Shown here: positions 34,372 to 43,532 of the stretch, one piece after another | How the letters are laid out: each line of letters starts with the position of its first letter | How positions within the stretch are numbered: position 1 is the stretch's first letter | Source: Betaproteobacteria bacterium | Lineage (GTDB): Bacteria; Pseudomonadota; Gammaproteobacteria; Burkholderiales; SHXO01 | Reading direction: 5' to 3' | DNA length: 64,000 nucleotides | NCBI GenBank assembly: GCA_025356655.1 | Contig: JANXRW010000053.1 | Coordinates: forward strand, 5,518-69,517 | Program-made: the position numbers and the translations under genes | The notes under the pieces: model-generated | The model's input: the letters and a program-made list of their open reading frames with translations, nothing else | Told to the model about the DNA's origin: nothing | The model's database searches: none

Positions 34372-34653
34372 CTATTTCTTGTTGTTGACGGCCTTCTTCA
34401 ACTTCGCACCGGCCGAGAACTTGGCCACTTTGGAAGCGGGGATCTTGATCTCCTCTCCAGTGGCCGGGTTACGACCCTTGCGCGCAGCGCGCTTGGAGAT
34501 GGAATAGGTACCGAATCCGATCAGCGCAACCGAGTCCCCCTTGGTGAGCGCCGTGGTGACGGTTTCCATAAAGGCGTCCAGAGTGGACTCAATCGACGCC
34601 TTGGTACCGCCTGTTTTTTTAGCGATCGCCTCAACCAATTCTGCTTTGTTCAT
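34372..34653 (-). CDS. hupB: HU family DNA-binding protein
   Basis: ORF 34372..34746 was trimmed to the ATG at 34653 (MNKAELVEAIAKKTGGTKASIESTLDAFMETVTTALTKGDSVALIGFGTYSISKRAARKGRNPATGEEIKIPA), with AGGAGAAAG upstream. The product is 93 aa. Confidence 0.9.
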   Translation of the reverse strand: MNKAELVEAIAKKTGGTKASIESTLDAFMETVTTALTKGDSVALIGFGTYSISKRAARKGRNPATGEEIKIPASKVAKFSAGAKLKKAVNNKK

Positions 34654-34726
34654 TTGTCCCCTTTCTCCTAAGATAGTCCGACCACCTAGCGTACCCGCAA
34701 CTGGTGTGGCAAAACGTGACGACGCG

Positions 34727-34804
34727 CTGGTTCCATCGTACGGCACGCCTCATTCTTCTTGCAGGCTGGTTCCATCGTACGGCACGCCTCATTCTTCTTG
34801 CAGC
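34727..34804. repeat. Perfect tandem duplication of a 39-bp unit (2 copies, 38/39 identical) upstream of the HU gene
   Basis: Copy 1 (34727-34765) is ctggttccatcgtacggcacgcctcattcttcttgcagg. Copy 2 (34766-34804) is identical except for the last base. The 10-mer cttcttgcag occurs a third time at 34815-34824. The repeat lies 74-151 bp upstream of the HU start codon at 34653. Confidence 0.95.
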
Positions 34805-35057
34805 GTGAACCTAGCTTCTTGCAGCGTCACTTGGCCCCACGGCGCCCCCCTGCATCGGCGCCTTGGGCACGGAGATCCGCCGAACTGAAGCGCTACCCAA
34901 GACCGTCCGCCCGGCGCGAAATACGCTTGCCTCAATCACAACTGCACTCGCGCCGGGTGCCCTGCAGCCCAATTGTAGCAAGACACTCGGGCCTGATGTG
35001 CACTGCCGGGAGAGTCTTTTTTTCATGCCCCCGGGCTTCGCTCACTTGTCTGGACCT

Positions 35058-35978
35058 TCAACGTGGCTCGCTCGGCTGCCCGCGCACCTGCACTTCGTTC
35101 TGGATTTCGATGACCATGAGATCGCGCCCTAGCACGAGCGGGCCTCCGTAAATCTTGCGTGTGCGCCGAACCAATTCCTCCTCGCTGCCCGCACCCAAGT
35201 CGATGTGGGTGTACACGGCCAATCCGGGTCGCGCCGCACGGAATACCTCTGCAGCCTCCTCCGGCGCGCTGTGGCCACTGTCGCGGACCGCCTGCTGGGC
35301 CGCCGGATCCGGTCCGCTGGCCGTTACCTCATGCAGGATCACGGATGCCCCGCGGGCGCCCCCCACGAGGTTCCTTGCGTACCGCGTGTCGCCCGAGAGC
35401 ACGGCTGCTCTGCCCCGGTACTCGACGCGAAAGGCATAGGCCGGCCCCGACGGGGCAGGTTCCACGACGATGGCGGTAACCACGACGCCGCCGTCCTCGA
35501 ACACCTGGTTCTCTTCAATCTCCTGCACCTCGATGGCGAGGCCGTCTGGGTCACGTTGCAGGTCCGCCGCGATCTCGCCACGACGGGCCCTCTGTAGCTC
35601 CTCGACCAAGGCCTGCGTGCCCTGCGGTCCGATCACCAGCAGGGCACCACGCCGCCCTTCGCGCCACCCGCGCAGCCATAGCTCGGCGAGTCCCGCCGTA
35701 TGCTCCGGTCGCAGGTGGGGCAGCAGTAGCACATTAATACCCGCAGGGCCCAGCCCGATCTTGGTCAGTTGGGCGGAAACGTCGACACCGCCGTCCACGA
35801 GCAACCTCACACTGGCGGCCTCGATGAGCGTTCCTGGAGCGGCGCGTTGCAGATCGGGCGCATCGGCCCCGGTACCCAGCAGGGTGACACGTATGCCCTC
35901 GAAGGCGCCGACACTCGGCACCACGCCGGCGAGCCCGAGCATTAGCGCGGCGCCCGCCAAAAGCCTGCTCCGGCTCAT
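35058..35978 (-). CDS. MBL-fold metallo-hydrolase-like protein, exported
   Basis: 306 aa. It has a signal peptide (MSRSRLLAGAALMLGLAGVVPSVGA) and an RNase Z/MBL-like start (RVTLLGTGA). The HxHxDH position reads HLRPEH. Confidence 0.75.
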   Translation of the reverse strand: MSRSRLLAGAALMLGLAGVVPSVGAFEGIRVTLLGTGADAPDLQRAAPGTLIEAASVRLLVDGGVDVSAQLTKIGLGPAGINVLLLPHLRPEHTAGLAELWLRGWREGRRGALLVIGPQGTQALVEELQRARRGEIAADLQRDPDGLAIEVQEIEENQVFEDGGVVVTAIVVEPAPSGPAYAFRVEYRGRAAVLSGDTRYARNLVGGARGASVILHEVTASGPDPAAQQAVRDSGHSAPEEAAEVFRAARPGLAVYTHIDLGAGSEEELVRRTRKIYGGPLVLGRDLMVIEIQNEVQVRGQPSEPR

Positions 35979-36126
35979 CCGTATACTCCAGGCAAAGCCC
36001 GCCGCCCGGCGGGTAGGGATCGAGCGTGAGGCGCCGATTCGGGCTTATAATCGCTGGCTCTGCATCTTGCGTCAACCCTCTGCCGGGGGCCGCAACGCAG
36101 CGAACCGATCTGGGAGGCAAGTCAGG

Positions 36127-37944
36127 ATGTCCACTACCCGCTCACTGTCGTCAGCCCTGGCGCTCCTAGGCGCCCTCGCCGCCCCCCCTTGTCTGGCCGC
36201 CCCCTGGGTGGGGGACCTCACGCCCATCGGCGATGCAGACTGGACCTACGACCGGGCCGCCCACCTGCTCGAGCGCGCCGGATTCGGCGGTACTCCAGAG
36301 CAGATCGAACGCCTTCGGGCCATGGGGCCACGCGCGGCGGTGGAAAATCTCGTGGACTTCGTTCCCACGGCCGACCTACCGCCCTACGACGAGTCTCCCG
36401 TCTACGACGCTTCCCTCGAGCCGTTCCCGGCAAGTCGTCCCGCCACCACGGTCCTGGCCAAGAAAACCGGTGAGGCCCTGGGCGTAAAAGTTCGCCCTGG
36501 GGGCAACCGGCCGATGCAGGCCATCGTAAACCGCTTCTTCTATTGGCTGCGTGCAAGTTCCCTCGAGACCAACCGGCTGGCCTACTGGTGGTCGCAGCGG
36601 ATGGTGGCGAACCCCAACCCGCTGCAGGAGAAGATGGCACTGTTCTGGCACGGCCACTTCGCGACCAGCGAGGAGAAGGTTCGTGACTACCGCAAGATGC
36701 GAGTCCAACTGGACTTCTTCGAACGTGAGGGACTGGGCAATTTCGGCACCCTAGCGCTCGGCGTTGCCCGGGACCCGGCCATGCTGGCCTTCTTGGACGC
36801 CGGCGTGAATGTGAAAGGGGCGCCCAACGAGAACTTCGCCCGCGAGATCATGGAACTGTTCACCATGGGCGTGGGCAACTATTCTGAGAAAGACATCCGC
36901 GAAGCCGCTCGGGCCTTCACAGGGTGGAACTCGGAGAATCTCGTTTTCCACGAAGACCCGACACGGCACGACGCAGCGCCGAAGACAGTGTTGGGGCGGA
37001 CCGGGAACTTCGATGGCGACGAGGTGGTTGATATCATCCTCGCGCAACCCGTGACCGCGGAGTACATCGCCAGCAAGACCTACCGCTTTTTTGCCCGCGA
37101 GGAACTCACCCCGGAACTGCGCACACAACTAGGCGCGATGCTCCGTGAGAGCGGCTACGAGATGAAGCCCCTGCTGCGCACGATCTTTCTGTCGCGCGAC
37201 TTCTACAGCGCGCCCAGCATGGGCACTCGCGTCAAGGGCCCGGTGGAACTGCTGGTCTCCACCTACCGCAAGCTGGGCCAGCACGAAGTGCCTGGCGTCC
37301 CCGATTTCAACGACGCAACCAGTGCGCTCGGGCAGCAATTGTTCCGTCCACCGACGGTCGCCGGATGGGCACAGGGCGAGGGCTGGATTACGCCGGGGCT
37401 GCTGCTCGAGCGCGGAAACCTCGCGCGCCAGATCCTCTTCCCGGACATCTCCTATATTCCCCACGACCGCTATCCGCGTGACCCCACCGTGCGCATCGTG
37501 GGCGAGAAGGTCGCGCAGGGACTTGACCTCACCACCGCCACCAAGCCCGAAGGCAAGGAAAGTGACGATGGCACGGGCATGGGGATGGCCATGTCCAACC
37601 GTATGGCGGATGCGGAAGAGGAATTCAACACCCGTTACGCCAGTTACCGCGGATGGCAAATGGCCATCGAAAAGGTCAAGCCCATTGCCCGCACCACGGC
37701 CGCGGTTGACTTAAGCGCCATGATCCGCAGCGCCGGGCTCGCGAGCACGGGTGACGCGGTGGACTACCTGTTGCAGCGCTTCCTGAGTGTGCCGATCGAG
37801 CCGGCCCGGCGCAACGAATTGGTTGGGTTCCTGAACAATGAGCTCGGCACCTCCTCGCTCGCGGCCAGCGACTCGTTCATGGAAGAGCCCTTGCGGTTGT
37901 TGCTGCACCTGATCCTGAGCCTTCCCGAATACCAGTTGGGGTAA
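36127..37944 (+). CDS. DUF1800 domain-containing protein, exported
   Basis: ORF 35470..37944 was trimmed to the ATG at 36127 (MSTTRSLSSALALLGALAAPPCLA). DUF1800-like segments are HLLERAGFGGTPEQIE, MALFWHGHFATS, FAREIMELFTMG and FTGW. Confidence 0.8.
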   Translation: MSTTRSLSSALALLGALAAPPCLAAPWVGDLTPIGDADWTYDRAAHLLERAGFGGTPEQIERLRAMGPRAAVENLVDFVPTADLPPYDESPVYDASLEPFPASRPATTVLAKKTGEALGVKVRPGGNRPMQAIVNRFFYWLRASSLETNRLAYWWSQRMVANPNPLQEKMALFWHGHFATSEEKVRDYRKMRVQLDFFEREGLGNFGTLALGVARDPAMLAFLDAGVNVKGAPNENFAREIMELFTMGVGNYSEKDIREAARAFTGWNSENLVFHEDPTRHDAAPKTVLGRTGNFDGDEVVDIILAQPVTAEYIASKTYRFFAREELTPELRTQLGAMLRESGYEMKPLLRTIFLSRDFYSAPSMGTRVKGPVELLVSTYRKLGQHEVPGVPDFNDATSALGQQLFRPPTVAGWAQGEGWITPGLLLERGNLARQILFPDISYIPHDRYPRDPTVRIVGEKVAQGLDLTTATKPEGKESDDGTGMGMAMSNRMADAEEEFNTRYASYRGWQMAIEKVKPIARTTAAVDLSAMIRSAGLASTGDAVDYLLQRFLSVPIEPARRNELVGFLNNELGTSSLAASDSFMEEPLRLLLHLILSLPEYQLG

Positions 37945-37950
37945 ACGCTA

Positions 37951-39168
37951 ATGACATCTTCCCTCACCCACCCCGGCCGCCGGCAGGCCCTGCGCACCTT
38001 AGGCGGCCTTGCCCTGGGCGGCGCGGTCGGCTCCTGCCTGCCGCTCGCCATGGCCCAGGCCGCCACTACGGACTCCGACCGCATCCTCGTCATCCTGGAA
38101 CTCTCGGGCGGCAATGACGGACTCAACACCCTGGTTCCCTACGCCGACGACGCCTACTACCGGCACCGCCCGCGCATCGGTATCCGGGCCGATCGCCTGC
38201 GGCGCATCGACGACCACTACGGATTCAGCCCAGGGATGGCGGGGTTCGAACGCCTCTACAAGGACGGCCGGATGGCCGTGCTGCACGGGTGCGGCTACGA
38301 CAACCCCTCCTTCTCCCACTTCACCTCCATGGCCTATTGGCAGACGGCCGCGCCGAACCACGGTGAGGATTACGGCTGGGTGGGCCGCTTGGCTGACGGC
38401 ATGGATCCCAGTGGCTCGCCAAACTTCCTGGTGAACATCGACGCGCGCGAATCCTTGGCCGTACGCAGCCGCAAGCATATCGCCCTGGTCTTCGACGAAC
38501 CCGACCGATTCCGTCGAGAGGCGCTGTTCCAGGAGCAACCGCTTCTTGACGCCGTCCCGTCGACCGAGGCAATTGTGAATCCAGCACAACGTCACCTGCT
38601 GGAACTCGCCCGCAGCGCAAAGGATGGTGCCGCGCTGGTTCGCGAGGCGTGGCACAACTACAAGACGCCGGTGGACTACGGCATTGCCCCACTGCAGCTG
38701 CCGAAAGTCGCGTCGCTGATCAATGCCGGCCTGCCGACTCGCGTGTACTACGTGGCCTACCGCAATAATGCCTTCGACACCCACGTCCAGCAGCCGGAGC
38801 TGCACGGGCGGCTGCTCACCTATGTGTCGGACGCCGTGTATGGATTCCTACGTGACGTGGAACGACTGGGGCAGGCGGACCGCGTGTCGATGATGGTGTT
38901 CTCGGAATTCGGCCGCCGTGTCCCGGAGAACACGAGTCTCGGGACCGACCATGGGACGGCCAACCAGGTCTACTTCCTGGGCAAGCCCGTACGCGGGGGG
39001 CACTACGGCCAGCCGGTCAGCCTCACCAAGCTCGATGAGGGCGACAACCTGCTCCACACAACGGATTTCCGCCGCGCCTACGCCACGGCCATCAAGGGCT
39101 GGCTGCGACAACCCTCGGCCGGGGGAGTGCTGGGTGAAGAATTTGAGAGTTTTCCGGTCTTCGCATAG
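37951..39168 (+). CDS. DUF1501 domain-containing protein with Tat signal
   Basis: 405 aa, starting 6 nt after the DUF1800 stop. It has a twin-arginine signal (HPGRRQALRTLGGLAL). DUF1501-like segments are LVILELSGGNDGLNTLVPY, FSEFGRRVPEN and GTDHG. Confidence 0.85.
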   Translation: MTSSLTHPGRRQALRTLGGLALGGAVGSCLPLAMAQAATTDSDRILVILELSGGNDGLNTLVPYADDAYYRHRPRIGIRADRLRRIDDHYGFSPGMAGFERLYKDGRMAVLHGCGYDNPSFSHFTSMAYWQTAAPNHGEDYGWVGRLADGMDPSGSPNFLVNIDARESLAVRSRKHIALVFDEPDRFRREALFQEQPLLDAVPSTEAIVNPAQRHLLELARSAKDGAALVREAWHNYKTPVDYGIAPLQLPKVASLINAGLPTRVYYVAYRNNAFDTHVQQPELHGRLLTYVSDAVYGFLRDVERLGQADRVSMMVFSEFGRRVPENTSLGTDHGTANQVYFLGKPVRGGHYGQPVSLTKLDEGDNLLHTTDFRRAYATAIKGWLRQPSAGGVLGEEFESFPVFA

Positions 39169-39323
39169 AACTTCGGGCGGGGGGATCGCTCCAACGCAAC
39201 GAGTAAGGCGTCAATCCTCGAGTGGCTGGTAGTCATCTCCAGGTGCAGTGCAGCGCTCGACTGGGGACCAGCCATAGAACGGCCGGTCGGTCACCCGAGA
39301 ATCCAAAAGGAAAAAGGAATCCC

Positions 39324-39809
39324 ATGCAAAGCAAGTCTGTATTCGCGCCGCTCGCGCTAGCGGCGGTGGTGCTGGCGGCAGGTGCCTTGCCGGCCGCCGC
39401 AGAGGACACCGCCGGGTTGATGGTGGTGCTTCCCAGCGACAAGGTATGGCAAAAAAATCCCAAGGCCTTCCCCTACGGCGCCAAGATGATCCAGATTTAC
39501 GGCGACCCGGCTCAGCCCGGACCGTACATGTATCGCATGCGCTTGGCGACCGGCTACAAATTCTCGCCGCACAAGACGCCCGATGCCCAAGCGATCACTC
39601 TACTCAAGGGAATCCTTTGGTTCGCCGATGGCGAACGCTATGACCCGATTCGGATGAAGGAATACGAGGCGGGCTCCTTCTTCGTGGTCCCCGCGGGGCA
39701 GCCAACTTTCCTTTGGGCACGCACAGAGGTGGTGCTGCAGGTCATGGGCAACGGCCCAGTGGAAAATCCCGTCGAATACATCAACCCCGACGACGATCCG
39801 CGCAACTGA
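39324..39809 (+). CDS. Exported cupin-like protein (paralogue 1)
   Basis: ORF 39222..39809 was trimmed to the ATG at 39324 (MQSKSVFAPLALAAVVLAAGALPAAA). It shares IYGDPxxPGPY...GY...P...TV/TLLKG with the next gene. The His-motif position reads PHKTPD. Confidence 0.7.
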   Translation: MQSKSVFAPLALAAVVLAAGALPAAAEDTAGLMVVLPSDKVWQKNPKAFPYGAKMIQIYGDPAQPGPYMYRMRLATGYKFSPHKTPDAQAITLLKGILWFADGERYDPIRMKEYEAGSFFVVPAGQPTFLWARTEVVLQVMGNGPVENPVEYINPDDDPRN

Positions 39810-39858
39810 GTTGAACCACGCTCACCTTGCCCTTCGTGAAACCCCAACGAGGTATTCG

Positions 39859-40350
39859 ATGATCCGCTTTGATCGCCACACCCTCGCGGCTGCCCTGCTG
39901 TGCGCCGCCACCTCCCTACCCGCCCTGGCTGGCACCGAGTTCTTTATGAATGGCGTGGAATCCACGGGCAGCGGTGATCGCGCTTGGCGCATGAACACCA
40001 GCGTCCCCGCCGGTATGAAGATCATCATGATCTACGGCGACCCGTCCAAGCCCGGTCCCTATATTTTCCGCGCCATGGTGCCCGCCGGTTACCGCCTACC
40101 TGCCCATAGTCACCCGGACCAGCGTACGGTGACTGTGCTGAAGGGGACCTACTGGAGCGCGGCCGGACCAACCTACGACGAAGCCAAGCTGCAGAAGTTT
40201 GGACCCGGTGCCTTCTATATCACCGAACCCGGCGTACCTCACTTCGCGAAAGCGGAGACTGCGGTGGTCGTTCAGGAGATGGGCATCGGCCCGATCAGCG
40301 GCAGTCCCATTGAGTACGTGAACGCCGCCGACGATCCCCGCCCTCACTGA
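39859..40350 (+). CDS. Exported cupin-like protein (paralogue 2)
   Basis: ORF 39811..40350 was trimmed to the ATG at 39859 (MIRFDRHTLAAALLCAATSLPALA). It has IYGDPSKPGPYIFRAMVPAGYRLPAHSHPDQRTVTVLKG, so the HxH motif is retained. Confidence 0.7.
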   Translation: MIRFDRHTLAAALLCAATSLPALAGTEFFMNGVESTGSGDRAWRMNTSVPAGMKIIMIYGDPSKPGPYIFRAMVPAGYRLPAHSHPDQRTVTVLKGTYWSAAGPTYDEAKLQKFGPGAFYITEPGVPHFAKAETAVVVQEMGIGPISGSPIEYVNAADDPRPH

Positions 40351-40393
40351 GAAAGGCGGCCCGCCGCGGCCTGGGGCGCCGCGCGGGCTGACA

Positions 40394-42298
40394 CTACTCC
40401 CTTAGTCGCACCACCGCTTCGCGCACCTGTTCCAAGGCCGTGGGGTCCTCCAACGTCGTGAGGTCGCCCGGATCGCGCCCTTCCGCCAAGGCCTGAATAC
40501 TGCGGCGCAAGAGCTTGCCTGAGCGTGTCTTCGGCAAAAGCGCTACGAGGTAGATCCGCGCTGGCCGCGCGATGGCGCCTAGTTGTTGATCCACCACGGC
40601 CATCAGCGTCTTCTCCAGCGCTGCCGCCTGCGCTCCCTCTGGCACGGCTGCCGTTTCTTTCAACACGACGAAGGCCACCGGCACCTGTCCCTTCAGGGCA
40701 TCGTGGATACCCACCACAGCGACCTCGGCCACGAGGGGGCTGGCCGAGATCGCTTCTTCGATTTCTCGAGTTCCCAGCCGATGCCCGGCCACGTTGATCA
40801 CGTCATCGGTACGCCCGAGCAAGAAGTAGTAGCCCTCCGCGTCCCGGCGCGCCCAGTCGAAGGTCGAGTAGGCCCGCCCCTGAAATTGCCCGAAGTAAGT
40901 CCCTACGAAGCGCTCGTCGTCACCCCAGATCGTGGCAAGACACCCTGGCGGTAGCGGCGGCACAATGGCGAGTACGCCCTTTTCCCCCTCGCCCACCTCC
41001 TGCCCCGTTTCCTCGTCCATGAGCCGCACCTGATAACCGTAGGCGGGGAAACTGGGCGAGCCCAGCTTCGTCGGCCGATTCTCCACGCCAGGCAGCCCGG
41101 TGAGAATGGGCCACCCGGTCTCGGTCTGCCAATAGTTGTCGATCACGGGCACCTTCAGCGCCCCGGAGATCCATTGCGCGGTGGTCTCGTCGAGGGGCTC
41201 GCCCGCCAAGAAGAGATGCCGTAGCGAGCTCACGTCATGGCGCGTAAGCATCTCCGGATCCTGGCGCTTCAATACCCGGATCGCGGTCGGCGACGAGAAC
41301 ATGACCTGCGCGCGCGTCTGTTCCACGATCTTCCACCACACGGCGGCATCCGGGCGGATGGGCAGGCCCTCGTAGAGCACAGTACTCATACCGTGGATCA
41401 GCGGGGCGTAGATGATGTAGGAGTGCCCTACCACCCAGCCAATGTCGGAGGTGGTGAACATGGTCCGCCCGGGCTCGCCGCAGAAGATGTACTTCATGCT
41501 GGCCGCGAGTGCCACGGCGTAGCCGCCCACGTCGCGCTGCACTCCCTTGGGCTTTCCCGTCGTGCCGGACGTGTACAGGATGTAGCTAGGATGCGTAGAC
41601 TCCAGCCATGTAACGGGCACCTCGGTATCGCCCACTTCGGCAGCCAGGCTCGCATAGTCCAGATCGCGCCCAGGCACGACGGCGTGAGCAGGATCGAGCC
41701 CGCGGTCGACGAGCAGGACCTTCGCGGGCGGCTGCGTCGACAGGGCGATGGCTTCGTCTACGAGCGGCTTATAGGGGATGCTGCGCCCCGCACGCATGCC
41801 CGCGTCGGCGCAAATCAGGACCTTGGGCTGGGCATCGTCGATGCGCGTCGCGAGGCTGTGCGCGGCAAAGCCTCCAAACACAACGGAATGGATCGCACCG
41901 ATGCGGGCACAGGCCAGCATCGCGAACACCGCTTGCGGGATCATCGGCAAGTAGATGAGTACGCGGTCGCCCGCGCCGACGCCAAGATGCTGCAACATGG
42001 CCGCGCAACGGTTCACCTCTCGGTGCAGTTGCGCGTAGGTGTAGTCGCGCTCCTCGCCGGTTTCCGAGGACCGGTAGATCAAGGCGGCTTGGGTTGCGCG
42101 CAAGGGCAGGTGGCGGTCCACCGCGTTGTAGCAGAGGTTGGTCAGCCCCCCCTCGAACCATCGCGCGAAGGGCGGCCGATCAAAATTCAGCACCCGCGAG
42201 AACAATCGCTCCCAGTGAATCAATCCGGCCTGTTCGGCCCAGAACGCCTCCGGTTGCTCAACGGAACGCTGGTAAAAACTGCTGTAGGTTTCGGACAC
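40394..42298 (-). CDS. prpE: Propionate--CoA ligase
   Basis: ORF 40394..42334; the likely start is GTG 42298 (VSETYSSFYQRSVEQPEAFWAEQA), with GAGGGGAAAG upstream, giving 634 aa. It has an AMP-binding motif (YTSGTTGKPKGV). Confidence 0.85.
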   Translation of the reverse strand: MSETYSSFYQRSVEQPEAFWAEQAGLIHWERLFSRVLNFDRPPFARWFEGGLTNLCYNAVDRHLPLRATQAALIYRSSETGEERDYTYAQLHREVNRCAAMLQHLGVGAGDRVLIYLPMIPQAVFAMLACARIGAIHSVVFGGFAAHSLATRIDDAQPKVLICADAGMRAGRSIPYKPLVDEAIALSTQPPAKVLLVDRGLDPAHAVVPGRDLDYASLAAEVGDTEVPVTWLESTHPSYILYTSGTTGKPKGVQRDVGGYAVALAASMKYIFCGEPGRTMFTTSDIGWVVGHSYIIYAPLIHGMSTVLYEGLPIRPDAAVWWKIVEQTRAQVMFSSPTAIRVLKRQDPEMLTRHDVSSLRHLFLAGEPLDETTAQWISGALKVPVIDNYWQTETGWPILTGLPGVENRPTKLGSPSFPAYGYQVRLMDEETGQEVGEGEKGVLAIVPPLPPGCLATIWGDDERFVGTYFGQFQGRAYSTFDWARRDAEGYYFLLGRTDDVINVAGHRLGTREIEEAISASPLVAEVAVVGIHDALKGQVPVAFVVLKETAAVPEGAQAAALEKTLMAVVDQQLGAIARPARIYLVALLPKTRSGKLLRRSIQALAEGRDPGDLTTLEDPTALEQVREAVVRLRE

Positions 42299-42334
42299 CG
42301 CTTTCCCCTCGGTTTTGGTCTGCTCCAACCACAC

Positions 42335-43327
42335 TTATTCCCCGGCTAGCTGAACCACGGTCCTACCGCGTTGGTTCCCCGCGACGATCCCCTCGAACAC
42401 TGGGCCCAGTTCCTGCAGGCCCACCGCCCGGGTCATGGCCGAGAGATGCCTGGGGCGCAGGTCCGTGGCCAGGCGCCCCCAAATGTGGGCACGCAGCGCC
42501 ATGGGCGTGGTAGCCGAATCCACGCCCAATAGCTTGATCCCGCGTAGGATGAAGGGCATCACTGTTGTCTCGAGCTTGACCCCCCCCGCGAGCCCGATGC
42601 TGGCGATGACCCCCCACTCTTTGACCGTACGCGTGAGCCAAGCGAGTTGCTCTCCGCCCACCGAATCCACGGCCCCGGCCCACAATGCCCTCTCCAGTGG
42701 CTTCGTGCCCATCTCCAGGCCATTGCGGTCAAGTACTTCGGTGGCGCCCAATTGGCGCAGGTACGCTTCCTCGGTCATCTTTCCGGTGAGTGCGCTCACC
42801 TCATAACCGCGTCCAGCGAGCAGGTCTATGGCGATACTTGCGACGCCGCCCGTAGCGCCATTGACCAGCACCTTGCCTCCCTCGGGCCGAAGGCCATCGT
42901 GCTCCATTAGATGAATGCCCAAGCCTGCGGTGTAACCCGCCGTGCCCAGCGCCATGGCCTCGAACAGGCTCAGCCCGGCGGGAAGCGGCACCACCCAGTC
43001 CGCGGGAACGCGTAGATAGCCGCTGTAGCCCCCATCGTGCGCCACCCCGAGGTCGTAACTCGTGCAGATGACCGGGTCACCCTCCCGAAAGCGCGCATCA
43101 CTTGAGGACACCACCCAGCCCGCGCAGTCGATGCCGCCGACACAGGGGAAGCGCCGGATGATCCGGCCCGCGCCCGTTGCCGCCAAGGCATCTTTGTAGT
43201 TAACGCTGGAGTAGGCAGCACGGATAACGACCTCGCCCGCGTCCAGGTCGTCGATGCCCAGTTCTACCAGACGCGAATGAACCTTCCCGGCCTCGTTGAA
43301 AATCCTAAGTGCGGTGAATTTCTCCAA
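42335..43327 (-). CDS. acuI: Acrylyl-CoA reductase (YhdH/AcuI family MDR oxidoreductase)
   Basis: 330 aa with a YhdH/AcuI-type pattern: MEKFTALRIFNEAGKVHSRLVELGIDDLDAGEVVIRAAYSSVNYKDALAATGAG...FPCVGGIDCAG...LVNGATGGVASIAIDLL. Confidence 0.8.
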   Translation of the reverse strand: MEKFTALRIFNEAGKVHSRLVELGIDDLDAGEVVIRAAYSSVNYKDALAATGAGRIIRRFPCVGGIDCAGWVVSSSDARFREGDPVICTSYDLGVAHDGGYSGYLRVPADWVVPLPAGLSLFEAMALGTAGYTAGLGIHLMEHDGLRPEGGKVLVNGATGGVASIAIDLLAGRGYEVSALTGKMTEEAYLRQLGATEVLDRNGLEMGTKPLERALWAGAVDSVGGEQLAWLTRTVKEWGVIASIGLAGGVKLETTVMPFILRGIKLLGVDSATTPMALRAHIWGRLATDLRPRHLSAMTRAVGLQELGPVFEGIVAGNQRGRTVVQLAGE

Positions 43328-43532
43328 TCCGTCATCCCCCCGTTGTTCCGCGGCCCACGCCCTATCGTCGCCCTGGATTGGCTGCGCGGGCGAATTAGAA
43401 AGGCGTCTTCGGCCTGCTCGCTGGCCGACTCAACTCGAAGGTGGGCGAGACGCCAGCACGCACAGTGCCCCCGGCACAAGGTGCAAGCTTACAGCCTCTG
43501 GATCCACTGGCCCAGGGCCCTGCCTGCACGGG

